DNA of 64,000 nt from Candidatus Brocadiia bacterium. Lineage in GTDB: Bacteria > Planctomycetota > Brocadiia > SM23-32. Numbering within the stretch: position 1 is the stretch's first letter; each line of letters starts with the position of its first letter. Below are positions 1 through 10,800 of this stretch, one piece after another. The notes under the pieces are model-generated. The model saw nothing but the letters and a program-made list of their open reading frames with translations, had not been told where the DNA came from and ran no database searches. The position numbers and the translations under genes are program-made. The stretch covers positions 11,730 through 75,729 of the forward strand of contig JBKHIT010000021.1 of assembly GCA_046538485.1 (NCBI GenBank), read 5' to 3'.

Positions 1-218
1 AAGTAGCCCGTATGGAAAGTCACCTCGAACAGTTCGATACCGCGCTCCAGAACGACGAAAGCGCGGTTGGCAAAAAACTTGAATTTCTCGTGCAGGAAAT
101 GCTTCGAGAAACCAATACCATGGCCTCCAAGATCCCCTGCAGCGAACTCGTTGAAATCGCCGTGGAAATGAAAACGAACGTCAACCGGCTGCGCGAACAG
201 GTGAGAAATATAGAGTAA
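1..218 (+). CDS. yicC: YicC/YloC family endoribonuclease, C-terminal part (gene starts before window)
   Basis: GKKLEFLVQEMLRETNTMASK...LREQVRNIE is the DUF1732 C-terminus; directly upstream of gmk-rpoZ as usual. Confidence 0.9.
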   Translation, partial: VARMESHLEQFDTALQNDESAVGKKLEFLVQEMLRETNTMASKIPCSELVEIAVEMKTNVNRLREQVRNIE

Positions 219-252
219 CCGACGCCCCACACCGGAATTTGAAAATTACTGA

Positions 253-846
253 ATGGCCCCCAAAAAACATACGGAGAAACTCGAAAAGCCCGACAACTTG
301 TTCGTACTCTCCGGGCCGAGCGGAGTGGGGAAAAATACCGTCGCCGAACGGCTTTGCAAGCGAGATCAGGTGACTCGAGCCATCACAGCAACGACCCGGG
401 ATCCCCGAAACGGGGAAAAAGAAGGCGAAGATTACTATTTTGTCGATGAAAAAAAGTTTCAACAATGGATCGAAGATGGCAAGTTGCTCGAACATAATCG
501 CTACGACGACAATGACTACGGCACGCCCGCATTTTCGGTCAATGAAGCCGCAAAACACAAAAAACCCGTCATCCTGGTCATCGACGTCAATGGCGCGTTG
601 AAAATACGGGAACAATACCCCGAAGTCACCCTCATTTTCCTCGCTCCACCCGATGAACGAGAGCTGGAAAGAAGGCTCCGGGACCGTGGCGACGAAGACG
701 AAAAGCAGCTCGAATATCGGCTCGATAGAGCCCGAGAAGAAATGAAACTGATGGATAAATATGACCGGGTCGTGACCAATGATTCGCTCGAGCGAGCCGT
801 GAAAGAAGTGGCTAAGATCGTGGAAAATCAATCCGACTCTTCATAA
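253..846 (+). CDS. gmk: guanylate kinase
   Basis: P-loop LSGPSGVGKNT, TTRDPRNGEKEGEDYYFV, YGT motif. Confidence 0.96.
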   Translation: MAPKKHTEKLEKPDNLFVLSGPSGVGKNTVAERLCKRDQVTRAITATTRDPRNGEKEGEDYYFVDEKKFQQWIEDGKLLEHNRYDDNDYGTPAFSVNEAAKHKKPVILVIDVNGALKIREQYPEVTLIFLAPPDERELERRLRDRGDEDEKQLEYRLDRAREEMKLMDKYDRVVTNDSLERAVKEVAKIVENQSDSS

Positions 847-948
847 ATGGCAACTCGGTCACATTCCGGGAAATGACTGATTTCAAGATTTTCAGAAAGT
901 ATTTGCCAATATTTTGCAAAATAGATAGAAACAACGGGAGCACAATTC

Positions 949-1221
949 ATGGAAAAAAGTCGCGATCAAAGAGTTGAAGAACTGAGCGAAAAAAGTGGCG
1001 GCCGGTTCAAACTAACTGCCCTTGTTCAAAAGAGAGTTCGAAACTACTACCTCCACGGTCGGACATTTATGCCAAATGTCGAGAATATGGACGAACTTGT
1101 CGATCTCGTTCTCGACCAGGTCGAGCGCGGAGAAATTGAACTCAGTTTCCGCAAAAAGAGCAAAAAACCCATCGACCAACTCCGGGAAGGCGGTCAGGAA
1201 AAAGAAGAAGAAGAACAATAA
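949..1221 (+). CDS. rpoZ: RNA polymerase omega subunit
   Basis: GGRFKLTALVQKR motif, 90 aa, follows gmk. Confidence 0.85.
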   Translation: MEKSRDQRVEELSEKSGGRFKLTALVQKRVRNYYLHGRTFMPNVENMDELVDLVLDQVERGEIELSFRKKSKKPIDQLREGGQEKEEEEQ

Positions 1222-1361
1222 CCCGGAAACAAATTTTCCCGATCGAATCGACTGACGGGCTTGAAGGGCTCTCCGGGACAGCACTCCGTGCGCTTCATTG
1301 GCGTTTTATGCATTCCCACCCTTTCCATATCGACGCCGATACTACGTCACTGGCCCCCCGC

Positions 1362-1390
1362 TTGACACAGTGCGCCGAAACGGTTACACT
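1362..1390 (+). promoter_or_regulatory. sigma70-type promoter of the prepilin-cobN-like operon
   Basis: TTGACA (1362-1367), 17 bp, TACACT (1385-1390). Confidence 0.7.
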
Positions 1391-1513
1391 TTTTCCAGTT
1401 TCGTAACATGTTTTTTTTTTGTCGTTGTCGTGCCACGGTTTTGTAAAAGGTGCTATTAATTCTGCGGCTTGCCACTCCAGAATGAATAGACCCTCCCAGA
1501 AAGGAGCGCTCTT

Positions 1514-2287
1514 ATGCCTGATTCCGGTCCCACCGGTAATAAAAATAAAGCCTTTTCGGCTTTTACCCTCATCGAACTGCTGGTGGTGATAGCCATTATC
1601 GCCATCCTTGCTGCCATGCTCATGCCCGCTCTGGCCAGCGCCCGCTCGGCGGCCAAAGGCATCAGCTGCACGTCCAAACTCAAACAAATCGGCACCGCCG
1701 CTACCATGTACCTCCACGACTACGGCGCGTGGCCCATCTACCGCGATACGGGCGACACGAGCACCTGGACGATCTACTGGTGCGCCGCGACCAAAGACGG
1801 AGAGACTCCCGATTGCAGCCGCGGAGTGCTGTCCGAGTACCTTGACGTCAGGGAAATGCAGAGCTGTCCCGCATGGAAGCAGGAAGTCAGTTCCCAAAAA
1901 CCGGGTCTCGGTTACGGATACAACTGGCTCACCCTTGGTTTCCCACCGAGCTGGTACGGTATGTTCACCTACTACGCAGACGTCGCAAAAGACGGAGACG
2001 TAGAGAAACCAAGCCGAACAATCGCTTTCGCCGATGGTGGGATACGGGAATCGGCGACTTTCGGCGGTACCGACCCGAATGTCATCACGGAAACGGTTGC
2101 TCTCACTCCCCCCTCGCAGGATAGCGCCAACGCCCCGAGCATGCATTTCCGGCATCTGGGGAAAGCCAACATTACTTTCTGCGACGGCCATGTCAGTGCA
2201 GTCCGTCCCCATCCGGGCACAGAAGACTCCTATCACCCCACGCTCGCGTACCCGTGCCCTGACGATCGTCTCTACGACAGGGAGTAA
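1514..2287 (+). CDS. prepilin-type N-terminal cleavage/methylation protein with H-X9-DG motif (DUF1559-like)
   Basis: [26 protein letters not shown]-terminus; C-terminal [23 protein letters not shown]. Confidence 0.92.
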   Translation: MPDSGPTGNKNKAFSAFTLIELLVVIAIIAILAAMLMPALASARSAAKGISCTSKLKQIGTAATMYLHDYGAWPIYRDTGDTSTWTIYWCAATKDGETPDCSRGVLSEYLDVREMQSCPAWKQEVSSQKPGLGYGYNWLTLGFPPSWYGMFTYYADVAKDGDVEKPSRTIAFADGGIRESATFGGTDPNVITETVALTPPSQDSANAPSMHFRHLGKANITFCDGHVSAVRPHPGTEDSYHPTLAYPCPDDRLYDRE

Positions 2288-2289
2288 TT

Positions 2290-3009
2290 ATGGACCTGAG
2301 TCTATCATTGTGGACCGGGGGAATGTTGTTCACTCTCGGAATATTTGCCACGAAAGTCGGTCTCGGTCTTGGATTCGGAGGTGTGCGGTGGCGCGGCACG
2401 CTCCTCACCCACACCGTCTACATCGCCCTGTTTCTCATCGCCGCTCTGCTATCGAAACCTCTTACGGCGGCGCTTCGGCCCATCCTGCAGGCCGGCCCCT
2501 ACCTCCACGCGATGGTCGCCCTGATCATGATTGGCTGGGGAATCCACCTGTTCCGGGGACAGCACCGCATCCGGGATAATTCGGCGTCCTCGCATTCATT
2601 GCTGCTCTTGATCCCCTGCCCCGTTTGTTTCAGCGCGGTGGTGTTATCCACCTGGACCGCCCTGGAGATCACCGGTCTGCCGCCGCTGGCCGTCGGAGTT
2701 GGCCTCGGACTCGCATTTGTGCTCCTCTCCTCCGTGTTGCATCTTTCGGTCAAACTGAGAGGAAACTTTGAAAGAACACGTTCGTCCTCGGTCGCGTTGG
2801 CACTGACAATGATGGCCATCGGCGCTTATTTCCTCGCTTCCCTCATCCTCCCCGCCAAAATAGAGCAGGCTCGCAGCGCCTACAGAACATTCACCGCAAA
2901 TAATGCCAGAATCAGCTCCTCCGGGGGAACGGGCGTTGTTTTCCTCCTCTTTGCTGTTCTTCTGGCAGGATATCTCACACGCAAGAAGTCGGAGCCCACG
3001 CATGAGTGA
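2290..3009 (+). CDS. DUF2162 family putative transporter (HmuT-like membrane protein)
   Basis: multiple TM helices, IFATKVGLGL and IPCPVC motifs; adjacent to MotA/DUF2149/CobN genes. Confidence 0.82.
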   Translation: MDLSLSLWTGGMLFTLGIFATKVGLGLGFGGVRWRGTLLTHTVYIALFLIAALLSKPLTAALRPILQAGPYLHAMVALIMIGWGIHLFRGQHRIRDNSASSHSLLLLIPCPVCFSAVVLSTWTALEITGLPPLAVGVGLGLAFVLLSSVLHLSVKLRGNFERTRSSSVALALTMMAIGAYFLASLILPAKIEQARSAYRTFTANNARISSSGGTGVVFLLFAVLLAGYLTRKKSEPTHE

Positions 3010-3580
3010 ACTGCTCGCCGGATTGGAAACCTACCTGTACGTCATTTCATCAAGTCTTTTCTACCCCGTCGTCATCGGGCTTGTGGCGCTGACTTTCTGG
3101 ATTGTCTTCTGTTTTGGATCGTTCCTGCGGAATTACTCTGAGAAACGACGTGGCGAATCATCAGCTTTAAAACAGTACCGAAAAGACCTTGAGGACGAAC
3201 TGCAGCGCCATCGCGAAGAGGGCGCCGAACATTTGGATGCCCGTCTCGAACGGCTTCTGCAGGAATCGGAATTAAAACTGGTCAAACAGCTCGACCGCGT
3301 CCGATTCGCCGTCCGCGCGGGGCCCGCTGTGGGGTTGATGGGCACGCTCATTCCGATGGGGGTTGCGCTCTCTTCCATGGCCCAGGGCAATATGCCCAAA
3401 ATGGCCCAGAGCATGGTCACCGCCTTCACCACCACCGTCGTCGGACTCGCCTGCGGGGTCGCCGCATATCTGATGTCACTCGTACAGGAAAAATGGGTCC
3501 GCGAAGACATGCGCGAGATGGAATACGAAACCGAAGTGGCTGTGCGTGAAGTTGCCGAAGAATCGGGAGGGTACGAATGA
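3002..3580 (+). CDS. MotA/TolQ/ExbB proton channel family protein (HmuU-like)
   Basis: GPAVGLMGTLIPM and AFTTTVVGL motifs; ATG overlaps upstream stop. Confidence 0.88.
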   Translation: MSELLAGLETYLYVISSSLFYPVVIGLVALTFWIVFCFGSFLRNYSEKRRGESSALKQYRKDLEDELQRHREEGAEHLDARLERLLQESELKLVKQLDRVRFAVRAGPAVGLMGTLIPMGVALSSMAQGNMPKMAQSMVTAFTTTVVGLACGVAAYLMSLVQEKWVREDMREMEYETEVAVREVAEESGGYE

Positions 3581-3921
3581 AGTTCCTGAAACGTCGGCGG
3601 CAATCGGAAGGTTACATGCAACCCCTTGAAGACCCCCTGAGCGGCGTCGCTAACCTTTTTGATGCCAGCATCGTGTTCATCGTCAGCATGATGATCGCCC
3701 TGTTTATGGCCTACAACATGCTCGACCTGCTCGATCCTGAGTCGGAAGTAACAATCGCCAAAAAAACCGCCGACGGGAAGCTGGAAATTATCACCAAAAA
3801 AGGCAAAGAGATCAAAGCACGGAAAGTGACGGACCGAAAACTCAGCGGACAGGGGACCCGTCTTGGAACGGCCTACAAACTCAAAGATGGAAGAGTTATC
3901 TATGTGCCCGATCAAGAATAA
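3577..3921 (+). CDS. DUF2149 family protein (HmuV-like)
   Basis: DPLSGVANLFDASIVF and GTRLGTAYKLKDGRVIYVP; ATGA overlap with upstream gene. Confidence 0.88.
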   Translation: MKFLKRRRQSEGYMQPLEDPLSGVANLFDASIVFIVSMMIALFMAYNMLDLLDPESEVTIAKKTADGKLEIITKKGKEIKARKVTDRKLSGQGTRLGTAYKLKDGRVIYVPDQE

Positions 3922-6900
3922 GTTGCTGGCCGCCCTGATCATCCTGCTGTGCTCCGCAACGAACGTCCTCAGCGCGGAGAAACCGGTCGTCAGCCTCGTC
4001 ACAAGCGATGCCGACTCACGGTCCGCTGTGCAGGCTGTCCGGGCGATCCGGGAAGACTATCCTGGATTAAAAAAGCACCTCACACTGAGACCTTACTCCT
4101 CGGGCAACCTTACCCGCGCCGATCTGAATGCGATAGCAGGATCGCGCATCGTGTTTGTGTTCATGTTCGACCGCCAGACGGCCAATCGGATGCAGCCGTT
4201 CCTCGAGCGCGTCATTGAGCGAGGTGGGGACGTTTACACCGTCAACTATCTGTTTCCGGGACAGCACAAAGAGCTCGGTTTTACGGTCGATGAAAAGGTC
4301 TGCGCCTACTACGAAGCGCGGGGTTCGGAAAATCTGAAAAACGGGCTGCTTTTCGCCCTCAAAAGAGATTTGGATCTGGAAGTCTCATTCGAAGATCCCG
4401 CCCCCTACCCAGACGCCGGGCTGTACGAACATCATTCCAGTCGGATTATCGAAGACGTAGAGGAATTCAAACGCGTCTACGGTGAAGAACGAGAAAATTT
4501 CAAAGCCGACGCTCCGTGGGTCGGGATCATCTTCTACGTCAGCGACCTCGCCGGCGGTCAGATGGACGTCATCGACACGGTGATCGAAACACTCGAAGAC
4601 GCAGGATTGAATGTCTTGCCGGCCTACGGATATCCGTCCGAGGGGGTGGTCGAAAAATACTTCCTCGATGAAAAAGGCCAGAGCCGTATCCGCGTTCTCG
4701 TCGCCATTGCCCTCAAACTCGGCGTAAACCCCGAAAAATCCGCCCGGGTTCTCGGCGCGCTCGACGTTCCCGTCATCGACCCCATAATCCTTTACACACA
4801 GTCCGCAGACCAGTGGCGCGAGTCGGAGATCGGGCTTGATATCAACGAACGCACCTGGCAGATCGCCAAGCCCGAACTGGCCGGTATTGCCCAGCCCACT
4901 GTCATCGGGGCAAAAGAAACCGCCAGAGATCCCGCGACAGGCATAGTTTACATGCGCAAAAAACCCATGCCAGAGCGCGTCCGTCGCGTCGTCAACCGGG
5001 TGCAAGCCTGGCTAAACCTCCAGAACAAACCCAATCCCGACAAGCACGTTGCCGTCCTCTACTACAACTACCCGCCGGGCAAGCAGACAATCGGCGCGTC
5101 CTACCTTAACGTGCTGCCGGAAAGCCTCTGGGAGATACTTCAGAAACTGAAGAACGAGGGATATGACGCGCGCGGGGCCCCGGGTGACAAATCGGCTCTG
5201 CAGACGGCCGTTTTTCACCACCGGAATCTCGGCAACTGGGCTCCCGCGGAACTGGACGCCTTCGTGCGGCAGTATGATCCGCCCCGTGTAAGCATAAAAC
5301 AATACGAAAAATGGCTGGGAAAACTCCCGCCCGCGTTCATTCAATCCGTCGAAAAAGCATGGGGACCGCCCGGGGAGAGCGACATTATGGTCTGGCGCGA
5401 TCAAACCGGGCAGGCCTGGATTATCATCCCCGCCCTTCAATACGGAAACATCCTTCTGACGGCTCAGCCCCCACGCGGATGGGGCCAGAACGTCACAAAA
5501 TTATACCACGACACAACAATCCCGCCCCACCACCAGTACGTCGCCTTCTACCTCTATCTGAAACACAAATTCGGCGCCGATGCCATTATCCACGTCGGCA
5601 CCCATGGCACCCACGAATGGCTATCCGGAAAAGAAGCCGGCCTGGCCGCCGAAGATCCGCCGGAAGCCCTGATTCAGGATATGCCCAACATTTATCCCTA
5701 CATCGTCGATGATGTCGGAGAAGGCATACAGGCGAAACGACGCGGTCAGGCTGTGGTAATCGACCACATGACGCCGCCGCTCGACGATTCCGGATTGAAC
5801 CCGGAACTCGACCAGCTCTCAAATCTTATCGACAAGTACAACGTCGCCACCCAAAAAAGCGCTCCTCTGGCGAAGGCGCGCCTCGACGAGATCAACCGGC
5901 TGGCAGGCGAAAAAGGGTTGCTGACGGATCTGGGACTGAAAAACATCGAAACGGACGAAGATGTCGAGCAGCTGGAACATCATTTGAAACGAATCGCCGA
6001 AAAAACCACCCCATTCGGTCTCCATACCTTCGGAAAGGTGCCAGAGGAAAAATACAGGCGCTCCACCGCCGAGGCTATCCTCAAGGCCGGAGACAAACTG
6101 CCGCCGGCGCGGAGAAAGGCAAAGCTGAAAGAGCTGGACGAACGAATAATCGCCGGTGCGCAGCGCGAATTGGATAGCCTGGTTCAAGCGCTGTCGGGGC
6201 GCTACGTCCCGGCCGGCACAGGCAACGATCCGATTCGCAACCCCGATTCGCTTCCGACGGGCAAAAATTTCTACTCTTTCGATCCCTCGCGCATACCTTC
6301 ACCCGACACCTACAAGATGGGAGCGCAGCTGGCCCGGGAACTGGTCGAAGATTACAGGAACCGTCACGGTCAGTATCCCGATAAGCTCAGTTTCACGCTC
6401 TGGGCCGTGGAAACCATCCGCCACGAAGGAATCGTTGAGTCGCAGATCATGCACCTGCTTGGCGTCCGGCCCACCTGGGACAAACGGGGTAAGGTCACGG
6501 GAGTCGAGGTGATCCCCTCCGATGATCTGCACCACCCGCGCATCGACACCATTATGGTCCCTTCCGGCCTGTACCGGGATGTATTCTCCAATCTTATGGC
6601 TTTGCTCGACAAAAGTGTGAGCCTGGCGCGAGATCAGGATGAGTCCGATAACATCCTCCGCGCGAATGTGCTCGCCCGGCGAGACGAACTTCTTAAGCGC
6701 GGCATCTCCAAAGAAAAAGCTCTGCGTCTGGCTTCCGTCCGCATATTCACCGAAGAACCCGGTTCTTATGGCACCGGCCTGTGCGACGTGATTCCCCTGT
6801 CGGGGACGTGGGACAACGAAGAGGAGGTCGCGGACGTTTACTTTTTGAGAATGAGTCACATGTTCGGACAGGGATTCTGGGGGAACCGGACGGCGTCGGG

Positions 6901-7867
6901 TTCGGGACCGGGCGTTGAAAAAAAGATCAGCAAAGAGCTCTTCAAAAAAGCTCTTTCCGGGACCAAAATGTCCGTTCACAGCCTTTCCAGCAACGTCTAC
7001 GCCACTCTGGACAACGACGATTTCTTTCAGTATCTCGGGGGAACCGCGATGGCGGTCCGTGCGGTGGACGGTGAGACGCCCGAGATGTATGTATCGGACA
7101 TGTCGAATCCCAACGCCGCCCGGCAGGTAACTCTCGCCCGCGTGATGGGGACCGAGATGCGAACGCGCTACCTCAACCCGAAATGGATCGACAAAATGAT
7201 GGCTGAGGGCTACGCCGGCGCGCGCTTCGTCGATAAAGTCGTCGAACATCTCTGGGGATGGCAGGTGACCGCGCCGGAGGTTGTTGATTCCGCAAAGTGG
7301 CAGGAAATGTATGAGACATATGTGGAAGACAAATACGATCTGAATTTGAAACAGAAATTCAAAGAAGCCGGGAATACCTGGGCGCATCAATCAATCGTTG
7401 CGCGGATGCTCGAGGTCGTGCGGAAAAATTACTGGGATCCGGACCGGGAAGTCGTTCAGCGGCTGGCGAAAGAATACGCCGAAAGTGTCAAAAAAGAGGG
7501 CCTGGCCTGTTGTGACCACACCTGCAATAACCCTGCGCTTACGGAATACACCCGGTCCACGCTCACGTCGGTGCCCGGCCTTGAAAACCTGGCCAAAGAA
7601 ATGGCCGACTCGCTTGAAGAGATAAAACGAACCCGGGCGAGCAGCCGTCCGAAAGCAAGTAACCCCGGAAACAAGACCGCCGATGCGTCAAGCCCGTCTC
7701 CGGAACCCGCTGAGGGGCAACCGCAGCAGGTCGAAGGTTATGAAATGGAAGAAACGACTTCGGGAAGCAGCGCCTCCGCTCCTATCCCGTATCTTTTCCT
7801 GGTTTTTTTCCTGGGCTTTCTGGGTGTCATATTCTGGGGCTGGAAACGAAACCAAAAAGCCGGCTGA
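3902..7867 (+). CDS. exported, membrane-anchored CobN/Mg-chelatase H family protein (HmuS-like)
   Basis: HVGTHGTHEWLSGKE, PNIYPYIVDDVGEGIQAKRRG, LPTGKNFY, RTRYLNPKWI; N-terminal signal peptide, C-terminal TM helix after ACCDHTC and a linker. Confidence 0.92.
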   Translation: MCPIKNKLLAALIILLCSATNVLSAEKPVVSLVTSDADSRSAVQAVRAIREDYPGLKKHLTLRPYSSGNLTRADLNAIAGSRIVFVFMFDRQTANRMQPFLERVIERGGDVYTVNYLFPGQHKELGFTVDEKVCAYYEARGSENLKNGLLFALKRDLDLEVSFEDPAPYPDAGLYEHHSSRIIEDVEEFKRVYGEERENFKADAPWVGIIFYVSDLAGGQMDVIDTVIETLEDAGLNVLPAYGYPSEGVVEKYFLDEKGQSRIRVLVAIALKLGVNPEKSARVLGALDVPVIDPIILYTQSADQWRESEIGLDINERTWQIAKPELAGIAQPTVIGAKETARDPATGIVYMRKKPMPERVRRVVNRVQAWLNLQNKPNPDKHVAVLYYNYPPGKQTIGASYLNVLPESLWEILQKLKNEGYDARGAPGDKSALQTAVFHHRNLGNWAPAELDAFVRQYDPPRVSIKQYEKWLGKLPPAFIQSVEKAWGPPGESDIMVWRDQTGQAWIIIPALQYGNILLTAQPPRGWGQNVTKLYHDTTIPPHHQYVAFYLYLKHKFGADAIIHVGTHGTHEWLSGKEAGLAAEDPPEALIQDMPNIYPYIVDDVGEGIQAKRRGQAVVIDHMTPPLDDSGLNPELDQLSNLIDKYNVATQKSAPLAKARLDEINRLAGEKGLLTDLGLKNIETDEDVEQLEHHLKRIAEKTTPFGLHTFGKVPEEKYRRSTAEAILKAGDKLPPARRKAKLKELDERIIAGAQRELDSLVQALSGRYVPAGTGNDPIRNPDSLPTGKNFYSFDPSRIPSPDTYKMGAQLARELVEDYRNRHGQYPDKLSFTLWAVETIRHEGIVESQIMHLLGVRPTWDKRGKVTGVEVIPSDDLHHPRIDTIMVPSGLYRDVFSNLMALLDKSVSLARDQDESDNILRANVLARRDELLKRGISKEKALRLASVRIFTEEPGSYGTGLCDVIPLSGTWDNEEEVADVYFLRMSHMFGQGFWGNRTASGSGPGVEKKISKELFKKALSGTKMSVHSLSSNVYATLDNDDFFQYLGGTAMAVRAVDGETPEMYVSDMSNPNAARQVTLARVMGTEMRTRYLNPKWIDKMMAEGYAGARFVDKVVEHLWGWQVTAPEVVDSAKWQEMYETYVEDKYDLNLKQKFKEAGNTWAHQSIVARMLEVVRKNYWDPDREVVQRLAKEYAESVKKEGLACCDHTCNNPALTEYTRSTLTSVPGLENLAKEMADSLEEIKRTRASSRPKASNPGNKTADASSPSPEPAEGQPQQVEGYEMEETTSGSSASAPIPYLFLVFFLGFLGVIFWGWKRNQKAG

Positions 7868-7868
7868 T

Positions 7869-10800
7869 TCAGAAATCCAACTGCCGCCGCGGCGGAACGG
7901 GTGGTAGATCCGGGTATTTCCATTCTGCCACTTCAATCCGGTGTTCGCCATCTGTTACGCCAAAAGCAAAGGCAAATTGTGGTGTTTCGGTCCCCTTGCT
8001 GATGCTCGGGTCATCGGCCCAGCCGGCGTAATAGCGCACGCCATCCATGTGATACATCGGCCGCGTTATGTCCCGTGGCCATGTCGTGACAATGCTCCGC
8101 GTACGACCCGTCACCTTGCCCCTGATACTGTCCGACGTAAATGTAAGGTCGAACGGACCAAGCCCGCGCACTCCGACGTTCCCAACCGTCAATTTCGCAT
8201 ACGTCGGATCAGGAACGACAAACCGTTTGTATTCCGGGGTGACGATAACCCGCGCTCGCCGCGCGTAAAATTGCTTGTCTCCGGTCTTCACTTTGACGGG
8301 ATGATCGGACTCGATCCAAAGATGTTGCGCATTTCCGCGTTTCAAGCGCTTCAGCCCCGGGACCACTTCGTCGGCGTCCTCAGGCACGCCTTTCCACTTC
8401 AGAGTGCAATCCGGCAGACGGTGAGTTTCGACTTCCGGTTTGAGATCGTCAAGGGGAATGGTCTCTTCAAGCGGCGCGGTCCCTTCGAGAAAGTGACCTT
8501 TATAGCCAACGCGTCCCGCACCACCGGTCAGCGAAAGAGTAACGGAATCTCCGTGCAGCCGGACTGTGCCTGTCGAGCCTTCAAATGTCACTTCTGCGCC
8601 CTGGTAATTCATATGTCGAGAGGACAAGAAGGCATAATCAGTGCCTTCTCGATGCTTTATCCGCATCACACCGGGCGCCAGCTGTTTGATCTCCGGCGGC
8701 GGTTCCTCCTGATCCCGGGGATAAAGCACCCAGAAATAGTCTTCTTTTGGCCTGTTCGCCAATCGCATGAAAAGCCGTTTTTCGTATCCGCGGTCATCGC
8801 CCGGTTTGACCGGCGTCCCGTCCTTATGCACCCAGTCACGCGAGATTCTTTTCTTTTTATCCAGCCGGGATCCCAGATTTGTGCCGTGCAGGCCGAGACG
8901 TTGTCGTTCTTCATAATAATCCGGGGCAACTTTATCAGGTCCCGAGAAAACAACATCCATGGTGGTCGGCCACTCGCTATCCAGGACAAATCGGCCGCCC
9001 TTTTGCGCGAGGTGTTCCCTGCCCCCGAGCAGACTTAGATAAAGATACGAAGCCAGTTGCCCGTCACCTTGAAAGCTGTCCCGCAGCACGAAATAGTTGG
9101 GACTCGTCGCCGTTTCGCCCTTCATGAACAGCACCTGCCGGTCCCATTCGATCGCCCCCTGTTTCTGCTCGTATTGTTCGGAGAGTTTCCGGTAATTATC
9201 AATGGGAATGTTTGCATCAGTGGGTTTCCGGAAAGGTTCGGCGATTCCCGGAGATATGAACCAATCGGGAAACCCCGTGCTCGCCCATGCATACTCGACC
9301 GTCCCGCCAAAAGCATGATCGAGAATGTTACAGTCAGGCCAGCCGTAAGGCCACATATTTTCCGGATGCCCGAACCGAATCACATTGTGCATGTCGTAGG
9401 CGGGATGGGGACGACGCCTGTCCGCGCTCGACCAGTAGGCCCATTGCTGAAACGGAACCAGCACAGATCCGCGGCTGAGCAAGAAAAAATGGCCCGGATC
9501 GGCCGGCGTCCAGTGACTCCAGTTGAAACCGGCTCTCAGCAGCATATACGTCTCATTCGGTCCCTGGTGAGCGCGAAAAATAACTCCCATTCCCGGATAT
9601 ATGCGGCTCCGCAGCTCCAGGGGCTCTGGGTTCACATCCCGGGGCACAATCCACTTGTTTTTCGGTTGGTTGGCACCGTTTTCCTTCCATGCCCACACCA
9701 GATTGGCCGCAAAATCCGGGTTCTTTCGCGTGAAACTTCCCGCGGCCTCCAGAAGATGCGAGATGTTCCCCGGCCCCGAATTAGCCAATCCGGGCAACAT
9801 CCGACATTTGTAGCGCGGGTCGGCGGGCGTAAGAAGGTTTATGACGTAATCCCAATCGGGCTTGTGGTATTTTTTATAGAGCAAATCAACGTTGGGAGCA
9901 TCGGCCGAAATTAAACCCGGCAGACTGTTGGTGGTTCGGGCGTAACCGTGCATGTGGTAGGACGCTCCGTATTCAAAATACGCCCCCGCCGGCGCGATTT
10001 GCGTGGCCATTTTGTATTCGGTATACGGCGCCACATGAGCCCGCCATTTTCCAAACATCGGATGATCGGCGACCAGAGGCAGAAAAGCATTCACGCCCAT
10101 GTAGCGGGACGTGCCCATATTCGGGTTGCCCGTGTGGGCCCCGTTCCCGTAACTGATGAAATCGGGTTCCTCAAAAAGATACATGATCAACGCCAACCGG
10201 GCTCGCATTTCCTTTCGGACATCTTCGGGCAGATTTCCGCGCGCAAGCGTGGCGTCCGCTTTCGCCGCGGCTACATACGTGCCTGTGGTGAGATGATGAC
10301 TGATCACAGGACAGGTGATCGGAGCGTTGCAGAGTCCGATGAGATATTTTCCGGGTCCTTTCGGCGCTTCATGGTGGAGCTCTGAGCCGCGCTCCCGGTA
10401 AAGCCGCGGATATTTCAGGTCCTTGTCAGGCCACTCGAGGACGTAATCTTTATATCGATCGAGACCGATCACCCCGTAGAACGAACGTATCTGCGCAAAG
10501 GGCCCGAGAGTCTTGAGCGACTCCGGTTTGGTAAAATAACTGAAACGCACGCGGCTTTGCTGGGGATCCTGAACCTTCGGGCGGCCCAGCGCCAGCCCCC
10601 ACACCCGCCGCCCATACGTTCGGGAAAGGCCGGGGTCATGGTCAATTATCGAAAACGGTGAGGTTTCCGAAGCGCTATCTTTCGGCCAGGTGGCATGCCG
10701 GGCGCTCATGGGAAACAGGATCCGAACGTCGTGTGGCCCGTCCGATTTAATCGGCACGCAATTCATCTTCCGCCAGTTTCCCTTGCGCAGCGGAACTACT

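Noticed and set aside
1222..1513. Cobalamin riboswitch before the cobN-like operon
   Set aside because: Only isolated fragments (GCCACT, AGACC) are present; the conserved core and B12 box are not in the right order
3902..7867. Calling the gene cobN of aerobic B12 synthesis
   Set aside because: Exported and membrane-anchored, with no cobS/cobT or other cob genes nearby
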